Source: Eledone cirrhosa (lineage: Eukaryota). Taken from it: 64,000 nucleotides of DNA. Positions 1-11,411 of the stretch are shown piece by piece. Position numbers and translations under genes: made by a program. The stretch covers positions 95,294,001 through 95,358,000 of the forward strand of contig OZ024743.1 in the NCBI GenBank assembly GCA_964016885.1, in the 5' to 3' direction. Every line of letters starts with the position of its first letter. Position 1 is the first letter of the stretch. A model generated the notes under the pieces. It had not been told where the DNA came from. It ran no database searches and saw only the letters and a list, made by a program, of their open reading frames with translations.

Positions 1-103
1 CCAGACATTCCTGAGCAAGACAAACAATCTTGCCTCAAGTGGGACAAATTCCGTCCAATCCATGCTAGCGTGGAAAATGGACGTTAAATGATGATGATGA
101 GGA

Positions 104-105
<2 letters not shown>
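1..105 (+). mobile_element. 3' tail of an RTE-type LINE or RTE-mobilised SINE
   Basis: CATGCTAGCGTGGAAAATGGACGTTAAA followed by (TGA)n; a near-identical tail recurs at 63320-63366. Confidence 0.6.
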
Positions 106-162
<57 letters not shown>

Positions 163-212
163 AAGGGATAAAGAGAGAGCGAGAGAGCGAGAGAGAGAAA
201 GAGAGAGTTATA

Positions 213-309
<97 letters not shown>

Positions 310-563
310 AAGCGGGGATAAATATAGATATGCATGTGTATTTCTAGTCTTAGTGACTCTGAATTGAATAAATACGTCACTGTATTGAAAATACTAGTCG
401 TAAATTTGAATAAAACAAAGACTCATATAAAAGGTAATTTTTAGATATGAATAATAAATGTAAATTTACCAATAACACTAACGATATCTGAATATTTTAA
501 AAGTTTCACCAGAATAGATGGAGGTTCATGATAAATCATTGTTGACTCTGTTGCTACTGCATT

Positions 564-598
<35 letters not shown>

Positions 599-601
<3 letters not shown>

Positions 602-920
602 TAGCGAGGTTTTTTATATGAAATCGTGTGTCGAAACAAATATTGTTATACTCGGGGAGGGTCATATTTGTGTAATATTGCCAGAATTAATAACAGAACA
701 CACTCACTGTTTGGTTGGTTTTCGCTTCTCGCTTTGTGTCTATATTGTATCTGTATTATTTTTGACCGTCGGTCAGTCAATGGCAACATTGAGGACCGAT
801 TAAGTTAGATCGCAGATATAAAAGACAGCGAGAAGCGAAAACCAACCAAACAGTGAGTGTGTTCTGTTATTAAATCTGGCAATATTACACAAATATGACC
901 CTCCCCAAGTACAACAATAT
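599..920. mobile_element. Fold-back element in (TA)n, probable PLE pLTR remnant
   Basis: Arms 641-733 and 827-920 are reverse complements (about 3 mismatches) with an unpaired extension at 599-640; related copy at 10535-10683. Confidence 0.6.
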
Positions 921-939
921 ATATATATATATATATATA

Positions 940-993
940 TGTAAGTATGTATGAATACGTACATACATATATGTATACAGACGTACAGTAGCA

Positions 994-1029
<36 letters not shown>

Positions 1030-1079
1030 AGTATGTATGAATACGTACATACATATATGTATACAGACGTACAGTAGCA

Positions 1080-1145
<66 letters not shown>

Positions 1146-1856
1146 CACATATGCATACAGGTACACATACATATATGCACGCATCAGTTTAGCCGACGTT
1201 TATTATAACGCCGCTTTGTTCGTTTGTTTGTCAACAAACCGAACAGCCTGAATTTATGCCATACGGTGTTAAGGCAACCACGTCACCTTTTTTTGACAAA
1301 CAAACGAACAAAGCGGCGTTATAATAAACGTCGACTAAACTGATGCGTGCATATATGTATGTGTACCTGTATGCATATGTGTATGTATATATATATATAT
1401 ATATATATGCATGCTACTGTACGTCTGTATACATATATGTATGTACGTATTCATACATACTTACATTTAAGTAAGTGCCATACTAAGAGTGAGAAATGAA
1501 ATTTCGTTTTCATTTTTTTTCAACTTATCGTTTTCGGTATGCCTGACCGATTTAACTCACTCAATATGCAAATTAGGCTGCTCAGCCGTTAATTTTCATA
1601 AGGAAAGTATATACTTTCGAACGTTCAACTATCTGGCAGATGGGTAAACGGTGCTGATGATAGCTAACAAGCTTGAAACTAGTACATCGTTCCTGTGTCA
1701 GTGTTGAACAAAAAGGTGACGTGGTTGCCTTAACACCGTATGGCATAAATTCAGGCTGTTCGGTTTGTTGACAAACAAACGAACAAAGCGGCGTTATAAT
1801 AAACGTCGGCTAAACTGATGCGTGCATATATGTATGTGTACCTGTATGCATATGTG

Positions 1857-1892
<36 letters not shown>

Positions 1893-2004
1893 TGCTACTG
1901 TACGTCTGTATACATATATGTATGTACGTATTCATACATACTTACATTTAAGTAAGTGCCATACTAAGAGTGAGAAATGAAATTTCGTTTTCATTTTTTT
2001 TCAA

Positions 2005-2007
<3 letters not shown>
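940..2007 (+). mobile_element. Non-coding PLE pLTR cluster (family D): inverted copy plus two tandem sense copies
   Basis: 940-1287 is antisense to 1715-1945; 1294-1528 is repeated at 1768-2007; hammerhead at 1648-1690; (TA)n flanks; same family at 39200-39502. Confidence 0.75.
1648..1690 (+). ncRNA. Minimal type I hammerhead ribozyme
   Basis: ACGGTG-CTGATGA-T.AGCT(AACA)AGCT.T-GAAA-CTAG-TA^CATCGT: 6-bp stem I, 4-bp stem II, palindromic stem III ACTAGT, GUA cleavage triplet. Confidence 0.88.
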
Positions 2008-2090
<83 letters not shown>

Positions 2091-2400
2091 TATAGAGAAA
2101 AATACTGCAGGTAGCACATAGATAACATGTAATAAATAAGTCCCTCATCAGTGATTTGCCGAAGATCATAGATATTTCATTGCATTAAAAATCATATATC
2201 TCACTTCGGTGCAATAATAACCAAAATAAGTTATTAGGACAATTAAAACGCGTAAAGCGAGTGAGACAGGAGAACAACAGAAAATATAGCATACCGTAGG
2301 GGAGAAACAAGCTTCAAAAATTATTCTGTTTAGCGTAAGCTAGGTGAATATATGAGCGCTTAGAGAATAGAACCTACACGAACGAGAGATATATATATAT

Positions 2401-2690
2401 ATCACAGAAAAAAGAGAATCAGTGTTGCGACGAATGTAATTTATTGTACATATTACAATCGTTTCTCTGGTGACCAGCTCGAGAGACGATCGATGTGATG
2501 ATCGAACCTTACTGAAAATTGCAAGGAGAATCTGCTTCGTAGAATCAAGACTTAACTGAGGACCTTGCGATTTTCAGAGTCAGGTTCGATCACCACATCG
2601 ATCGTCCCTCGAGCTGGTCACCAGAGAAACGATTGTAATATGTACAATAAATTCAATTCGTCGCAACACTGATTCTCTTTTTCCTGTGAT
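2401..2690. mobile_element. About 127-bp-arm fold-back in (TA)n carrying a hammerhead 3' half
   Basis: 2401-2526 is the reverse complement of 2563-2690 with a 36-nt loop; the right arm has GAAA-CGATTG-TA then AATAAA; CTGAGGA lies just before the arm. Confidence 0.65.
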
Positions 2691-3037
2691 ATATATATAT
2701 ATATATATATATATGAAGTAATTCCGTCGGAAAGGTATATATATATATAATTTTATTTTATTCTATTTGTCTGCCCATGCAAATTTTATTCTATTTCAAA
2801 TTATACAGGAACCGCTTTATCGGACGGTGCCAGAATCATATATCTGACTCTAGGCGCGGACGAATCCGTGCAGCAGACATATTTAGGTTAAAACAATGAT
2901 ACAGTATTATATATTCCTTTTCGGATTATCTTCTGTCATAGCTGTTTTATCAATTATATTTTGCAGACAAGAAATTGCATACTCAACATTCTATTCACAC
3001 GTAGATGAGATTTTCGTTGATTATATATATATTTATA

Positions 3038-3136
<99 letters not shown>

Positions 3137-3149
3137 ATATATATATATG

Positions 3150-3199
<50 letters not shown>

Positions 3200-3200
3200 C

Positions 3201-3245
<45 letters not shown>

Positions 3246-3269
3246 TATATATAATCAACGAAAATCTCA

Positions 3270-3300
<31 letters not shown>

Positions 3301-4121
3301 TAGCCAACTGCCCCATCAACGACACAGACCTATGCCACCAGGCTTACGTCGTATACAGACTAGAGTGTGACAAATGCAACAACTTCTACGTAGGTAGCAC
3401 CACCAGACCACTCCGCATAAGAATAAAAGAACACCTCAATACCAACGCTTCCTCATTTAAGAAACACCTAGTTAAATGCAAAAACACCGACAAAACCATA
3501 ACAGTTAGGATAGAAACTAAGGAAAGAAACCTCGGCAATCTTAGAATTAAGGAAGCACTAATTATAGATAAAACACAACCACCAATCAATAATAGACTAG
3601 AACTCAACACCCAATTTATAACCTGATAGAGCTTCTAGCCCCATATTTACACACACCCCACACACACATACGCACGCACACACACACACGCTTACACCTC
3701 CACTTATTCTCTCTCACACATACACACACAAAACCAGTTCTAACACCAGATAACACCTATCCGCCACATTTACGAATAGACTTATCTTCTCACACACACA
3801 CACACACACTCACATACTTACACCTTCATGCATTCTCCCACACACTTAAACAGGCATGTATATAAAATAAAAAAAAAAAACCAAAAACAAACCCCTTTTA
3901 AAGGGAGACTACTCTTTATCCACCTAATTTTAACTCTTTGACATTAGAGATAGAACAGATACTCTATACCATTTCCTGTCAGCATGGCTTGGCAAGCTAT
4001 TTAGAACGCTGGTCTGAGACCTTTATTTCCCTCTAAAGAAGAGATATTATCTCGAAGCAATTGCATTCTTTTTTCTATGTCCATACCTCCATTGTTTTGG
4101 CTTTATTATACATATTCAAAC

Positions 4122-4127
<6 letters not shown>
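3301..4127 (+). mobile_element. 5'-truncated Penelope-like element (family B)
   Basis: GIY-YIG coding remnant, CA-rich 3' UTR, terminal segment 3985-4127 matches 11105-11303; (TA)n on both sides. Confidence 0.85.
3303..3626 (+). pseudogene. PLE GIY-YIG endonuclease domain fragment (no ATG, absent from ORF track)
   Basis: Manual translation [44 protein letters not shown]...LRIKEALIIDKTQPPINNRLELNTQFIT*: VVY/YVG, R..EH, catalytic E and N motifs, no internal stop. Confidence 0.88.
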
Positions 4128-4185
<58 letters not shown>

Positions 4186-4188
<3 letters not shown>

Positions 4189-4673
4189 TAAACGGAATAG
4201 AAAATGCTGACAAATTGTTCACAGTTGAAAAATGGTTTAATTAGGAATAAAATAGTATTAGTGATTGTATGGGTTAGTATTCAGTTGTGACTTTAAGTTT
4301 TTAATTTTTTACCGGTTGCGCATTTCTAAATGCTTTTCAAAAATAATTTTGAGATAGAGTGTCCGTGCTGTTTGCTCTGATCTGATTAGTTTTGGGAATT
4401 CTACCTGTTTTTATGCTAAAAAAGTGGCTCCAGCGTTATTTTTGTGTTGCAAAAATGCTTGTGGTCAAAACAATTTTGATTGGTCGGTAGAGGTCATGTA
4501 AATGTAAAAAGTTGATTTTGCGCCAAGACTGTTTTTATGTTTAAAAAGTGGCTCCAGCAAAAATTCTTGGTCAAAACAATTTTGATTGGTCGGTAGAGGT
4601 CATGTGGATAAAAAATTGGTTTTGCGCCAAGATTGAGAAATGACTCTTTCACAACAAATATGTGTGTGTGTGT

Positions 4674-4765
<92 letters not shown>

Positions 4766-4842
4766 TAGTAGTAGTAAGGTGTTCGATGCTGCGATAATGG
4801 CCAGCAGCGATGTGTGTCAAATGGCTATTAAGATAAGTGCGC

Positions 4843-4915
<73 letters not shown>

Positions 4916-5079
4916 GCAGAGTAATTCGATGGTCAGTAAGAATGTGTCTGAAAGCAATGGGGGGTATTTTAGCATGTCAAAAGATATTTTTCAGCTTTTG
5001 TCTTATACGGAGAAGTGCGCGTGTGTGTGTGTGTATAAGTCTCTTTGTATGTTGATGTACGCGTGTGTATGTGTTTGTG

Positions 5080-5116
<37 letters not shown>

Positions 5117-5521
5117 ACCAGTATTTTTTTGCCCCCCTGGTAAAATGGTGTACATTATTCGATTTTTTCAGTAAAATCGGTTCTCTTAATAGAACATCAA
5201 AAATCTTAACAATAAAAGGTGTGAAATGATATTCACTATATATATATATACACATACATATATTCACTACATATATATATATACATATATACATACATAT
5301 ATATGCACATATATTTCTTTGTATTGCACCATAGAGCATGTGTGTTTACGTGTGTCATTGTGTTTATATGTGGGTAGAGATGTGTGCTGATGTAGGTATG
5401 TATGTTGACGTGTGTATGTTGTGGGTTCGTCTTAGGGAGAAGTGTTTAGACGGGGTCCGTATTTGTTAATGAAGTAAGATTCCTTGCTGATGCGCTGGGT
5501 GTGGGTGGCATTATCTTTAAA
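4186..5521 (-). mobile_element. 5'-truncated Penelope-like element (family C)
   Basis: 5521-5432 (-) translates FKDNATHTQRISKESYFINKYGPRLNTSP*, a PLE GIY-YIG C-terminus; terminal 4186-4384 recurs at 39641-39829; (TA)n flanks. Confidence 0.72.
4303..4348 (-). ncRNA. Hammerhead-like motif with variant core (U3:A8, GCAA)
   Basis: Minus strand AATTATTT-TTGAAAA-GCATT(TAGA)AATGC-GCAA-CCGG-TA^AAAAATT; same core at 39752-39793. Confidence 0.5.
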
Positions 5522-5532
5522 TATATATATAT

Positions 5533-5600
<68 letters not shown>

Positions 5601-5848
5601 AGATCAAAAGATGGTTAAAGGAGTTCCATGTATTTTATTATGCGCAAGAGCACCTTGTAAATCTCAAGAACACAATTTCTAACCTAAATTCCTCAAAAAA
5701 TGTTTTAGTCCACTCTGACAAAACCAATAACTTATATGGTATTTCCAAGGATAATTATAACAACCTTATCCTAAAGGAACTTAGGAAAAAGTATCGTAAA
5801 ACCAACCATGAAAATTTAGAATACATAAACCTTGAAGCCTCTGAGATT

Positions 5849-7753
5849 ATGTCAAAACTTGGCATTGAAAAAAAGACCGAACCATTCCTCCCAAGAACTC
5901 CGAGGATAAATCTCAAGGATCACAAAAACAATTTTCGCACTGAACTACCTGTTAGATTAATCGCCCTCTCTAAATCTGATCTGGGGGTTGTTAGTAAAGC
6001 CATCTTGGATAGAATTATCCCACAGGTTAGTTCTAATTGCTCTTCTCTGAACCTAAATTTATGGTTTGGTACCTCTGAAGTGATTGGCTGGTTCAACAAA
6101 TTGGATAATAAAAACAAACTAAAATTTATTCAATTTGATATTGCCAGCTACTATTCCTCCATTTCGCCTTCACTTCTCAATAATGCTCTATCTTTCGCAC
6201 TTAAATATTCTGACATCACCACAGATGAACTTCACATCATCCTCACTGCACGTAAAACCATCCTAGAGTTCAACAACGAATATTGGACCAGAGCCGATAC
6301 CTCTAACAACTTCGACATCACAATGGGAGCATCCGATTCATCCCAATTGACTGATTTAATTGGTATCTTCATTTTGAACTCTTTGAGTCGGAAAATTCCT
6401 CAACTTCGCGGTGGAATTTATCGTGACGATGGACTCTTTACTATCCTAAATTGCAATATAGTTAACCTTAACATTATTAAGAACAATATACGTAATCTCT
6501 TTAACCAACATAACCTAAAAATTGAATTTGATAATAGTATCAAACTAGCTAATTTCTTGGATGTATCTCTTAATCTTGACACTGGCCTATATTACCCTTA
6601 CCATAAAAACAATGAGAACCTAAATTATGTTAACTTTAAATCTAACCATCCTACCAATATCAAGAATGCTATAGTTAGTAATATTGGAAAAAGAATATCT
6701 AACATATCTTCTAATAAAAACATATTTGATACTAACGCCAATTACTATAATAACGCACTTTCTAAAGCCGGCTATCCAGATAAAATCAAATATAGTAAAG
6801 AAACAAATTCTAGAAAAACTTACAGTAGAATAATTAATCATGATCATTCCAATAATTTTAATAAAAGACCTAGATACAAAAACATAATCTGGTATAATGC
6901 TCCTTTCTCCATCTATATTAATAACAATATTCCTAAATTATTTTTTAGTGCCTTAAATAAATGCTTCCCTCCCTCACATATCTATAGTAAAATATTTAAC
7001 AAACACACCATCAACTTTTCTTATTCTACATCCTCCAATATTTCCAACATCATCTCTAAACACAACAATAAAATACTAAATACTAAATCTCTTCCTTCCA
7101 ACATTGAATTTCATAACAACAGTAATAGTACTCCCGACGTCATTGTAAACCCTAGGCTAACTTCTGTAAACCCAAATACAACGTCAAACACAACTTCGCT
7201 AAATGTTCATAATCCAACTCTAAATCAAGAAACTATTATTCCTATTATTCCTATCGCAAACAACTTCTCCAATCCAATTCCTTCTATAGATAACACTAGG
7301 TCACTCATTAATAATCTCTCTAATTGCAACTGCCGCATTAAAAATAAATGTCCTCTCAACAACCATTGTCTCGATAAAAACTTAATTTATGAATGTAAAG
7401 TTATAACTAGCACCAATTCCTTCACCTATTTTGGCTCCACTTCCACCTCTTTTAAAGCTCGTCTCTATAATCACCATTCATCTTTCAAATACAAACTTAA
7501 AAGAACCAACACGGCTCTCTCAGAACTCATATGGTCCTTGAAAGACAAAAACATTAAATATACCATCTTTTGGAAGAAGGTTTCTTCTGCATCCTCATAC
7601 TTGAACAGCTCTCTATCTAAAATCTGTAATCTCTGCCTAAATGAAAAATTTACCATTATCTCTAATCTAGATTCTATAATAAATAGACGTACAGATTTGT
7701 TTTCTATCTGCCTGCATAAATTCCATAGGACTTTTCACAAAGTATACAGTTAA
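5849..7753 (+). CDS. PLE polyprotein: reverse transcriptase plus C-terminal GIY-YIG endonuclease (frame is open from about 5645; true N-terminus truncated)
   Basis: RT motifs FDIASYY, MGASDS, YRDDG, FLDV, SNHP; upstream in-frame HSDKTNNLY (PLE DKG/DKT motif); CNCR..CPL..C linker; LIY...YFGST..FKARL..H; CNLCLNEK. Confidence 0.93.
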   Translation: MSKLGIEKKTEPFLPRTPRINLKDHKNNFRTELPVRLIALSKSDLGVVSKAILDRIIPQVSSNCSSLNLNLWFGTSEVIGWFNKLDNKNKLKFIQFDIASYYSSISPSLLNNALSFALKYSDITTDELHIILTARKTILEFNNEYWTRADTSNNFDITMGASDSSQLTDLIGIFILNSLSRKIPQLRGGIYRDDGLFTILNCNIVNLNIIKNNIRNLFNQHNLKIEFDNSIKLANFLDVSLNLDTGLYYPYHKNNENLNYVNFKSNHPTNIKNAIVSNIGKRISNISSNKNIFDTNANYYNNALSKAGYPDKIKYSKETNSRKTYSRIINHDHSNNFNKRPRYKNIIWYNAPFSIYINNNIPKLFFSALNKCFPPSHIYSKIFNKHTINFSYSTSSNISNIISKHNNKILNTKSLPSNIEFHNNSNSTPDVIVNPRLTSVNPNTTSNTTSLNVHNPTLNQETIIPIIPIANNFSNPIPSIDNTRSLINNLSNCNCRIKNKCPLNNHCLDKNLIYECKVITSTNSFTYFGSTSTSFKARLYNHHSSFKYKLKRTNTALSELIWSLKDKNIKYTIFWKKVSSASSYLNSSLSKICNLCLNEKFTIISNLDSIINRRTDLFSICLHKFHRTFHKVYS

Positions 7754-8276
7754 TATTCAATTCTTTATCAATTTAGAATCTTTTCTCAAAGGCACATATA
7801 CATACACCTCTTTAAAATATACCTATCTTCCTACCTTACTTCAAAGGGCATTATACACTCTATAATACTTGTTTACTCATTACCCTCTTTCTATCTTCAC
7901 CTTGTAAAATCCTTCATAACATATACATTTGTTTTTTTGACGTTAGAATATTCATCCGCAATTATTATTATTTTTTCTCTCTATCATAAAACTTTTTAAT
8001 CTCAATTTCATCCTTAATTTATTATTTTTTTCTCCCCATCAACGAACTCATTCTTAATACATATTAACTCTTTATTCGCATATATTATCAATTCCTTCAA
8101 TATACAAACTTTAACTTCACATTATTTTTCTCAAATCCTTCTACACACAAACCTTAATAATTTTTTTCTCTTCGTTAATTTTGAAATTGCCACAATACTT
8201 ATCAACATACACTTTTTTTGACGTTAGAATATTCATCCACAATTATTATTTTTTCTCTCTATCTTCATACATAAAT

Positions 8277-8683
8277 TCCCTTCGTTAATTTTCAAATTCC
8301 TTTAATTTATACATTATCTTCCAACGGTTCTCAACCTCTCTATGTAAAACAATATATCTTTTCTCAGTTATAAAAACTATCTCTTTCTCTCTATCACCCA
8401 TCTCTCCCTCTCCACCTTCACTCTCATCTTCTCCCCCTTTTTTCACCCCCCCCCTCCCTAAATAAAATATTTTTCCTCGTACATATCTTCCCTTCGTTAA
8501 TTTTCAAATTCTTTTAATTTATACATTATCTTCCAACGGTTTTCAACCTCTCTATGTAAAACAATATATCTTCTCTCAGTTATAAACACTATCTCTTTCT
8601 CTCTATCACCCATCTCTCCCTCTCATCTCCTCCCCTTTTTCATCCTTTCCACCCCCCCCCCTCTCTAAATAAAATATTTTTCC
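8277..8683 (+). repeat. About 200-bp direct duplication in the PLE 3' region
   Basis: TCCCTTCGTTAATTTTCAAATTC...TAAATAAAATATTTTTCC at about 8277-8476 and 8489-8683. Confidence 0.85.
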
Positions 8684-8778
8684 CAATATCACACATCAAT
8701 CTAAAACCACTTTTCATATGTTGATTTAAAACTGCACTATCCACAAGTGCTTTTTAGCCTTCATATCATGTTCTCCTG

Positions 8779-8845
8779 TTTTATCTGATGAAAACACAAA
8801 TATTATTGCATGATGATGTTTGTTTTTGAAATGCGCATAATAAAA
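8779..8845 (+). ncRNA. Minimal type I hammerhead ribozyme of PLE family A
   Basis: TTTTAT-CTGATGA-[36-nt hairpin]-GAAA-TGCGCA-TA^ATAAAA; palindromic stem III ATGCGCAT; predicted cut after 8839. Confidence 0.85.
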
Positions 8846-8968
8846 TACATGGAACTCCTTTAACCATCTTTTGATCTTATATTATGTATACTCCAGTCCT
8901 ACAAACTGTAGAGTGCTTCTTATCCGATATCTGCATTGCTTTATTGTACTACAATAAAACTCACCTCC

Positions 8969-9390
<422 letters not shown>

Positions 9391-9854
9391 ACCTGGAGTT
9401 GCGACCGATAGATACTATTAGCAATTCGAAAGACCAACGGAAACATAGTTTCCTCGGTCCGATTTGACTAAAAAAAGTCGATCGACTGGAAAAAAATATA
9501 TATATATTTATGTATGTATATATATATATATAGGTAATATATGTATAATATGTATATATTTATATTGATAACCACTAGCATTTATCTTTGAATATCAAAA
9601 GACATATTGCCAGCCTAAACGTTAATCCATTATAGATTTTAACATCACTGCAGTCGCGACCAATAATCGACATTTATTTGGAATTTGAAACATCGAATTG
9701 TAATGAAATACGATGAAATGAAAGAAACACGAACAAATCATTCGACATATATTTTTTAGATATTTGAATTGTTCAATAAATTATACAATTCTTACGCTAT
9801 AACCACACATCAGGTAATGATTGTATAAATGGTTTATAACACTATTCACAGCAT

Positions 9855-9915
<61 letters not shown>

Positions 9916-10099
9916 GTTCGGATCTAGTTACCTCGGTAGTCCTCAGGGGAGGAATAGTTCTATATTGATCGTGGATTAAATATATGGAAGTTTGTATATT
10001 AAATTTCTTACAACATAGCTGAGATATTTCGGTAAATAGAATTTATATTATAAGATTTTTTAAACAATTATTCTGATAAAGCTATCAAATAATTATGTA

Positions 10100-10356
10100 T
10101 GTGTGTGTGAGTGACAGCTCACACCTATGCAGGTTTAGCTGGCCTCCTCCAAGGTATATCTCATTGGAGGTGTCTTGGGTAATTTAATGATAGGGACCCC
10201 AGTCCTATCATCTCATTTCTACAGCTGGGTAAACTGGAGTAACGTAAAATAAAATGTCTTGATGAAGGAAACAACACATCACCCGGTCCGAGAATTGAAC
10301 TCACAACCTTTCAATTGCAAGCCCAATGCTCTAACCACTAAGCCATGCGCCTTCAC
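10100..10356 (-). mobile_element. tRNA-derived SINE family A
   Basis: A/B boxes, (CA)n tail, near-identical to 18972-19216, 41250-41503 and 51817-51986; imperfect TSD AATTATRTATGT. Confidence 0.88.
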
Positions 10357-10499
10357 AATTATATATGTAAGAATGGGTAACTCCTGATGATATCGTTGGA
10401 TCACTGTCGTGACATACCGTCTTGGACACGTTAAACCTGGTGGAGTGTATTCCAATCCAGGTCTGAACACAGATGATTTCTCCCAGAGCAGTGAAGATG

Positions 10500-10533
<34 letters not shown>

Positions 10534-10534
10534 T

Positions 10535-10683
10535 TGTTATACTTTGGGAGGGTCATGATGCCAATAAATACACATGTATCTTTTGTTTTTCACTTGTTGG
10601 CAACATGACCCTCCCAAAGTATAACACTATCTGTACCAACACACGTTTTCAGCTATCTTGTAAAACAAATACCAAAACGAAGT
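10535..10683. mobile_element. Short fold-back, same family as 599-920
   Basis: Arms 10535-10564 and 10597-10626 (TGTTATACTTTGGGAGGGTCAT...) plus a one-sided tail sharing ACACACGWTTTCA. Confidence 0.6.
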
Positions 10684-10716
10684 ATATGTATATATATATA
10701 TATATATATACTGAGA

Positions 10717-10807
<91 letters not shown>

Positions 10808-10812
<5 letters not shown>

Positions 10813-10992
10813 TGAGATTCTACAGGACTAGAACTGTTTCATTCTTTAGAAATCATCAGATTCCTGATGATTTCTAAAGAATGAAACAGTTCTAGTCCTG
10901 TAGAATTTTATCTATATTAAAACTTTTATAATCTGCTATGTATTGAGTACCTTACTTACTGTGGTTACCTCCGATTCAACCCTAAATAACTT

Positions 10993-10995
<3 letters not shown>
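10808..10995 (+). mobile_element. Fold-back pLTR remnant whose apex is a hammerhead core
   Basis: 10808-10859 is the reverse complement of 10864-10915 with a 4-nt loop; the right arm starts CTGATGA-T.TTC(TAAA)GAA.T-GAAA-CAGTTC-TA; 80-nt tail. Confidence 0.75.
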
Positions 10996-11063
<68 letters not shown>

Positions 11064-11069
<6 letters not shown>

Positions 11070-11345
11070 GTTTGAATATGTCTAAATAGCTTGCCAAGTC
11101 ATATTGACTTGGCAAGCTATTTAGAACGCTGGTTTGAGACCTTTATTTCCCTCTGAAGAAGAGATATTATCTCGAAAATTAAGGACATTTAAATAAATCT
11201 AAGGTAAAAGACTAATTGTCAACAATATCTTTTGCATTTGCATTCTTTATCCTATGTCCATACCTGCATTGTTTTGGCTTTATTATACATATTCAAACGT
11301 TTATACCTCATTACACAATGCTTCAAGTGAACTATAACCTCCTCC

Positions 11346-11349
<4 letters not shown>
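11064..11349 (+). mobile_element. Solo pLTR of PLE family B with inverted 5' pieces
   Basis: Matches 3985-4127; its 5' end is the reverse complement of 11287-11303 and of 11105-11124; (TA)n flanks. Confidence 0.78.
11150..11184 (+). ncRNA. Minimal hammerhead ribozyme (family B)
   Basis: CCT-CTGAAGA-A-GAGAT(ATT)ATCTC-GAAA-AT-TA^AGG; the copy near 4033 is damaged (CTAAAGA and a deletion after GAA). Confidence 0.62.

Positions 11350-11411
<62 letters not shown>

Noticed and set aside
493-537. Decayed hammerhead on the minus strand (ATCATGA-ACC...GGT-GAAA-CTTT-TA)
   Set aside because: Two core substitutions and no stem III palindrome; suggestive only
2143-2185. Permuted hammerhead on the minus strand (GAAA-TATC-TA...CTGATGA)
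   Set aside because: No stem II pairing; probably rearranged remnants
84-3370. Numerous ORFs of (YI)n, (SL)n, (HT)n, (CV)n, (RE)n here and throughout the window
   Set aside because: Translations of dinucleotide microsatellites, which lack stop codons
5593-8885. DNA transposon with 54-bp TIRs
   Set aside because: It encodes RT plus GIY-YIG rather than a transposase, and the element continues about 85 bp beyond the right repeat
10280-10356. tRNA gene
   Set aside because: A/B boxes continue into a SINE core and tail present in many diverged copies; no proper acceptor stem seen
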